DNA of 64,000 nt from assembly GCA_030704615.1 (NCBI GenBank), contig CM060731.1, positions 15,934,001 through 15,998,000 of the forward strand, written 5' to 3'. Within the stretch, counting starts at the first letter, position 1; each line of letters starts with the position of its first letter. The stretch comes from Takakia lepidozioides (Eukaryota > Plantae > Bryophyta). A model generated the notes under the pieces. It saw only the letters and a list, made by a program, of their open reading frames with translations. It searched no databases and was not told the origin of the DNA. Shown here piece by piece: positions 62,170 to 64,000 of the stretch. The position numbers were made by a program, and so were the translations under genes.

Positions 62170-64000
62170 AGAAATGAAATGAAATGAAATGGTGCTTTAT
62201 AATGAAAGAAATCTATGACATCCACAGGAGACCCAGAAAGAAAAATTAAGGAACTTACGGTTAAAAGGCCCAGAGGGTCTATGGACACGTACAATGACAT
62301 GGTAGGGCCTAAGGGGAGGGAAAAAATGTAATCATAAGACACTGTGGCCATAGACCCTCCCACTTTGGGCGGAACAAGGGGGAACACACTAGCTTTGTAA
62401 GGGGCTGACTCCAGTGGGACTTAACCTTGATATGGACAAATTCGGGCTTGCTAGATTTCCTCTTGAAAGCCCTTCACACAAGCATCAATCTGCTGTGTGT
62501 GAGATGCCCAGGTCTAATCCCCAAAAGGCCCGGGGCTTAAGGCTCAGCCTCTAGTTTTCGGAAGTTGGTGGACAGAGGTGCGAGGACTATATTCTTGATA
62601 GTCCTGGAGACGGTTGCTCTCTCTCATGAGAATACCGACATTATACCAGAAAATGGATGTTGTCTTCAGGCCTTGCCCGTACATTGGTCTAGTGCAACAT
62701 GTAGATAGGCCCTTCAGATCATCCTTCACGTCCACCTGTGTCACAAACTGGAAACAAGTTCAGGGAGAGAATCTACCCATAAGACGTTGTTTGCTGTGGC
62801 CATAGACCCCATGCCCAGTTTGGGCCGAAAGGAAATGAAATGGTACTTCATAATGTCTGCGGGAAGCTCAAAGAGCTTACGGGACAAGAGGAAATGCAAT
62901 GAAATGAAATGGTACTTTACAACAACAAGAGGAAGAAAGAAACAAGAAAGAGAGAGGGGCCATAAACAACCCAAAAGCAACTAAAGCTCAAGGGATTGCC
63001 TAGGAGTCAGCACTTCATGCAGAGGAAATGAAATGAAATGAAATTGCACTTTATAATGTCTGCGGAAAGCTCAAAGAGCTTATGGGACAAAATGGAAAAG
63101 AAACATGAGAGAGGAAACAAAACCGGAGCCGAAAAAAACAGCCCAAAAGCAACTACTGCTCGAGGGATTGTCTAAGGGTCAAGGCCTCGTGCAGGTAAGC
63201 TGCCAAGCATTTCTGATCCTCATATAGAAGACTTCAGTGAGAGAAATGAAATGAAATGGTGCTTTATAACATCCGTGGAAAGCTCATAGAGCTTATGGGA
63301 CAAAATGAGATTTAGTTCCGCAGAATAGACAGTGGAATCTCCCACGGATCTCATAATATAGAGGGCAATAAAAGAAGAAGTCTTCTTCATTTCAAGAAGA
63401 GAAATGAAATGAAATGAAGTGGTACTAAATAATGTCCGCGGAAAGCTCAAAGAGCTTATGGGACAAAATGGGAAAAAAACATGAGGAAACAAAACCAGAG
63501 CCAAAAAAAAAAAAAAACTACTGTTCGAGGGATTGTCTAAGGGTGAAGGCAGAGAGAGAGAATGTACTCGTGCCATTCCCCGTTGGCTTGCCACAGCCTT
63601 ACGGCCATTGACCCCATTGAGAAAGAGAGGAGAAATGAAATGAAATGAAATGAAATGAAATGGTACTTTATAACATCCGCAGAAAGCTCAAAGAGCTTAT
63701 GGGACAAAATGGAAAAAACAACAGAGAGGAAACAAAACCAGAGGCAGAAAACAGCACAAAAGCAACTACAATGAAACAATGAAATGAGACTTTGTAAGGT
63801 CTGCTTTCTTGCATTACGAGAGAAATGAAATGAAATGAAATGGTACTTTATAACGTCCGCGGACGCTCATAGAGCTTATGGGACAAAATGGAAGAAATAT
63901 TGAGAAATGAAATGGTGCTTTATAACGTCCGTGGAAAGCTCATAGAGCTTATGGGACAAAATGGAAAGACAAACATGAGAGAGAAAACAGGAAACCAGAG
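62170..64000 (-). repeat. Cluster of ~9 short 3' ends of the same LINE family as 53131-53580, inside an ABCG intron
   Basis: Units (GAAAT)nGGT(A/G)CTTTATAA...GAAAGCTCA.AGAGCTTATGGGACAAAATGG, complete or partial, start at about 62172, 62832, 62892, 63025, 63243, 63401, 63632, 63822 and 63903. Confidence 0.85.

Overview
Eukaryotic land-plant genomic DNA, probably bryophyte- or lycophyte-like (spliceosomal introns, PLS-E PPR fragments, UGT, PDR-type ABCG). Positions 1.3-37.6 kb are three large transposons with boundaries readable to the base. (1) A 12.5-kb CACTA element (1266-13768, TSD CAG) has divergent TnpD and TnpA-like genes; the TnpA-like region contains an FCP1/NIF phosphatase-like domain. 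(2) A Mutator-like element (13867-37642, 10-bp TSD GGTTGATTTG) has a GCM-like/DDE/SWIM transposase and a divergent multi-exon cargo gene. That gene fuses a ParB/Srx-like domain to a beta-class N6-adenine/N4-cytosine DNA methyltransferase-like domain, and its introns hold at least 11 copies of a 20-24 bp palindrome. (3) A 12.4-kb Gypsy-like retroelement (16777-29214, 4-bp TSD CATT) is nested in the MULE transposase. It has split direct repeats (A...B-A-B) instead of LTRs, a C5 cytosine methyltransferase between protease and RT, a C-terminal PHD finger, and an intronless fragment of the host S-adenosylmethionine carrier. The right 26 kb holds host genes (GT92-like glycosyltransferase, UGT, 3' part of a PDR/ABCG transporter) interspersed with a tRNA-derived SINE, a Pack-type TIR element, a Crypton-like tyrosine-recombinase remnant, MITEs and a cluster of LINE 3' ends. 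All domain calls are by eye from motifs; no searches were run.
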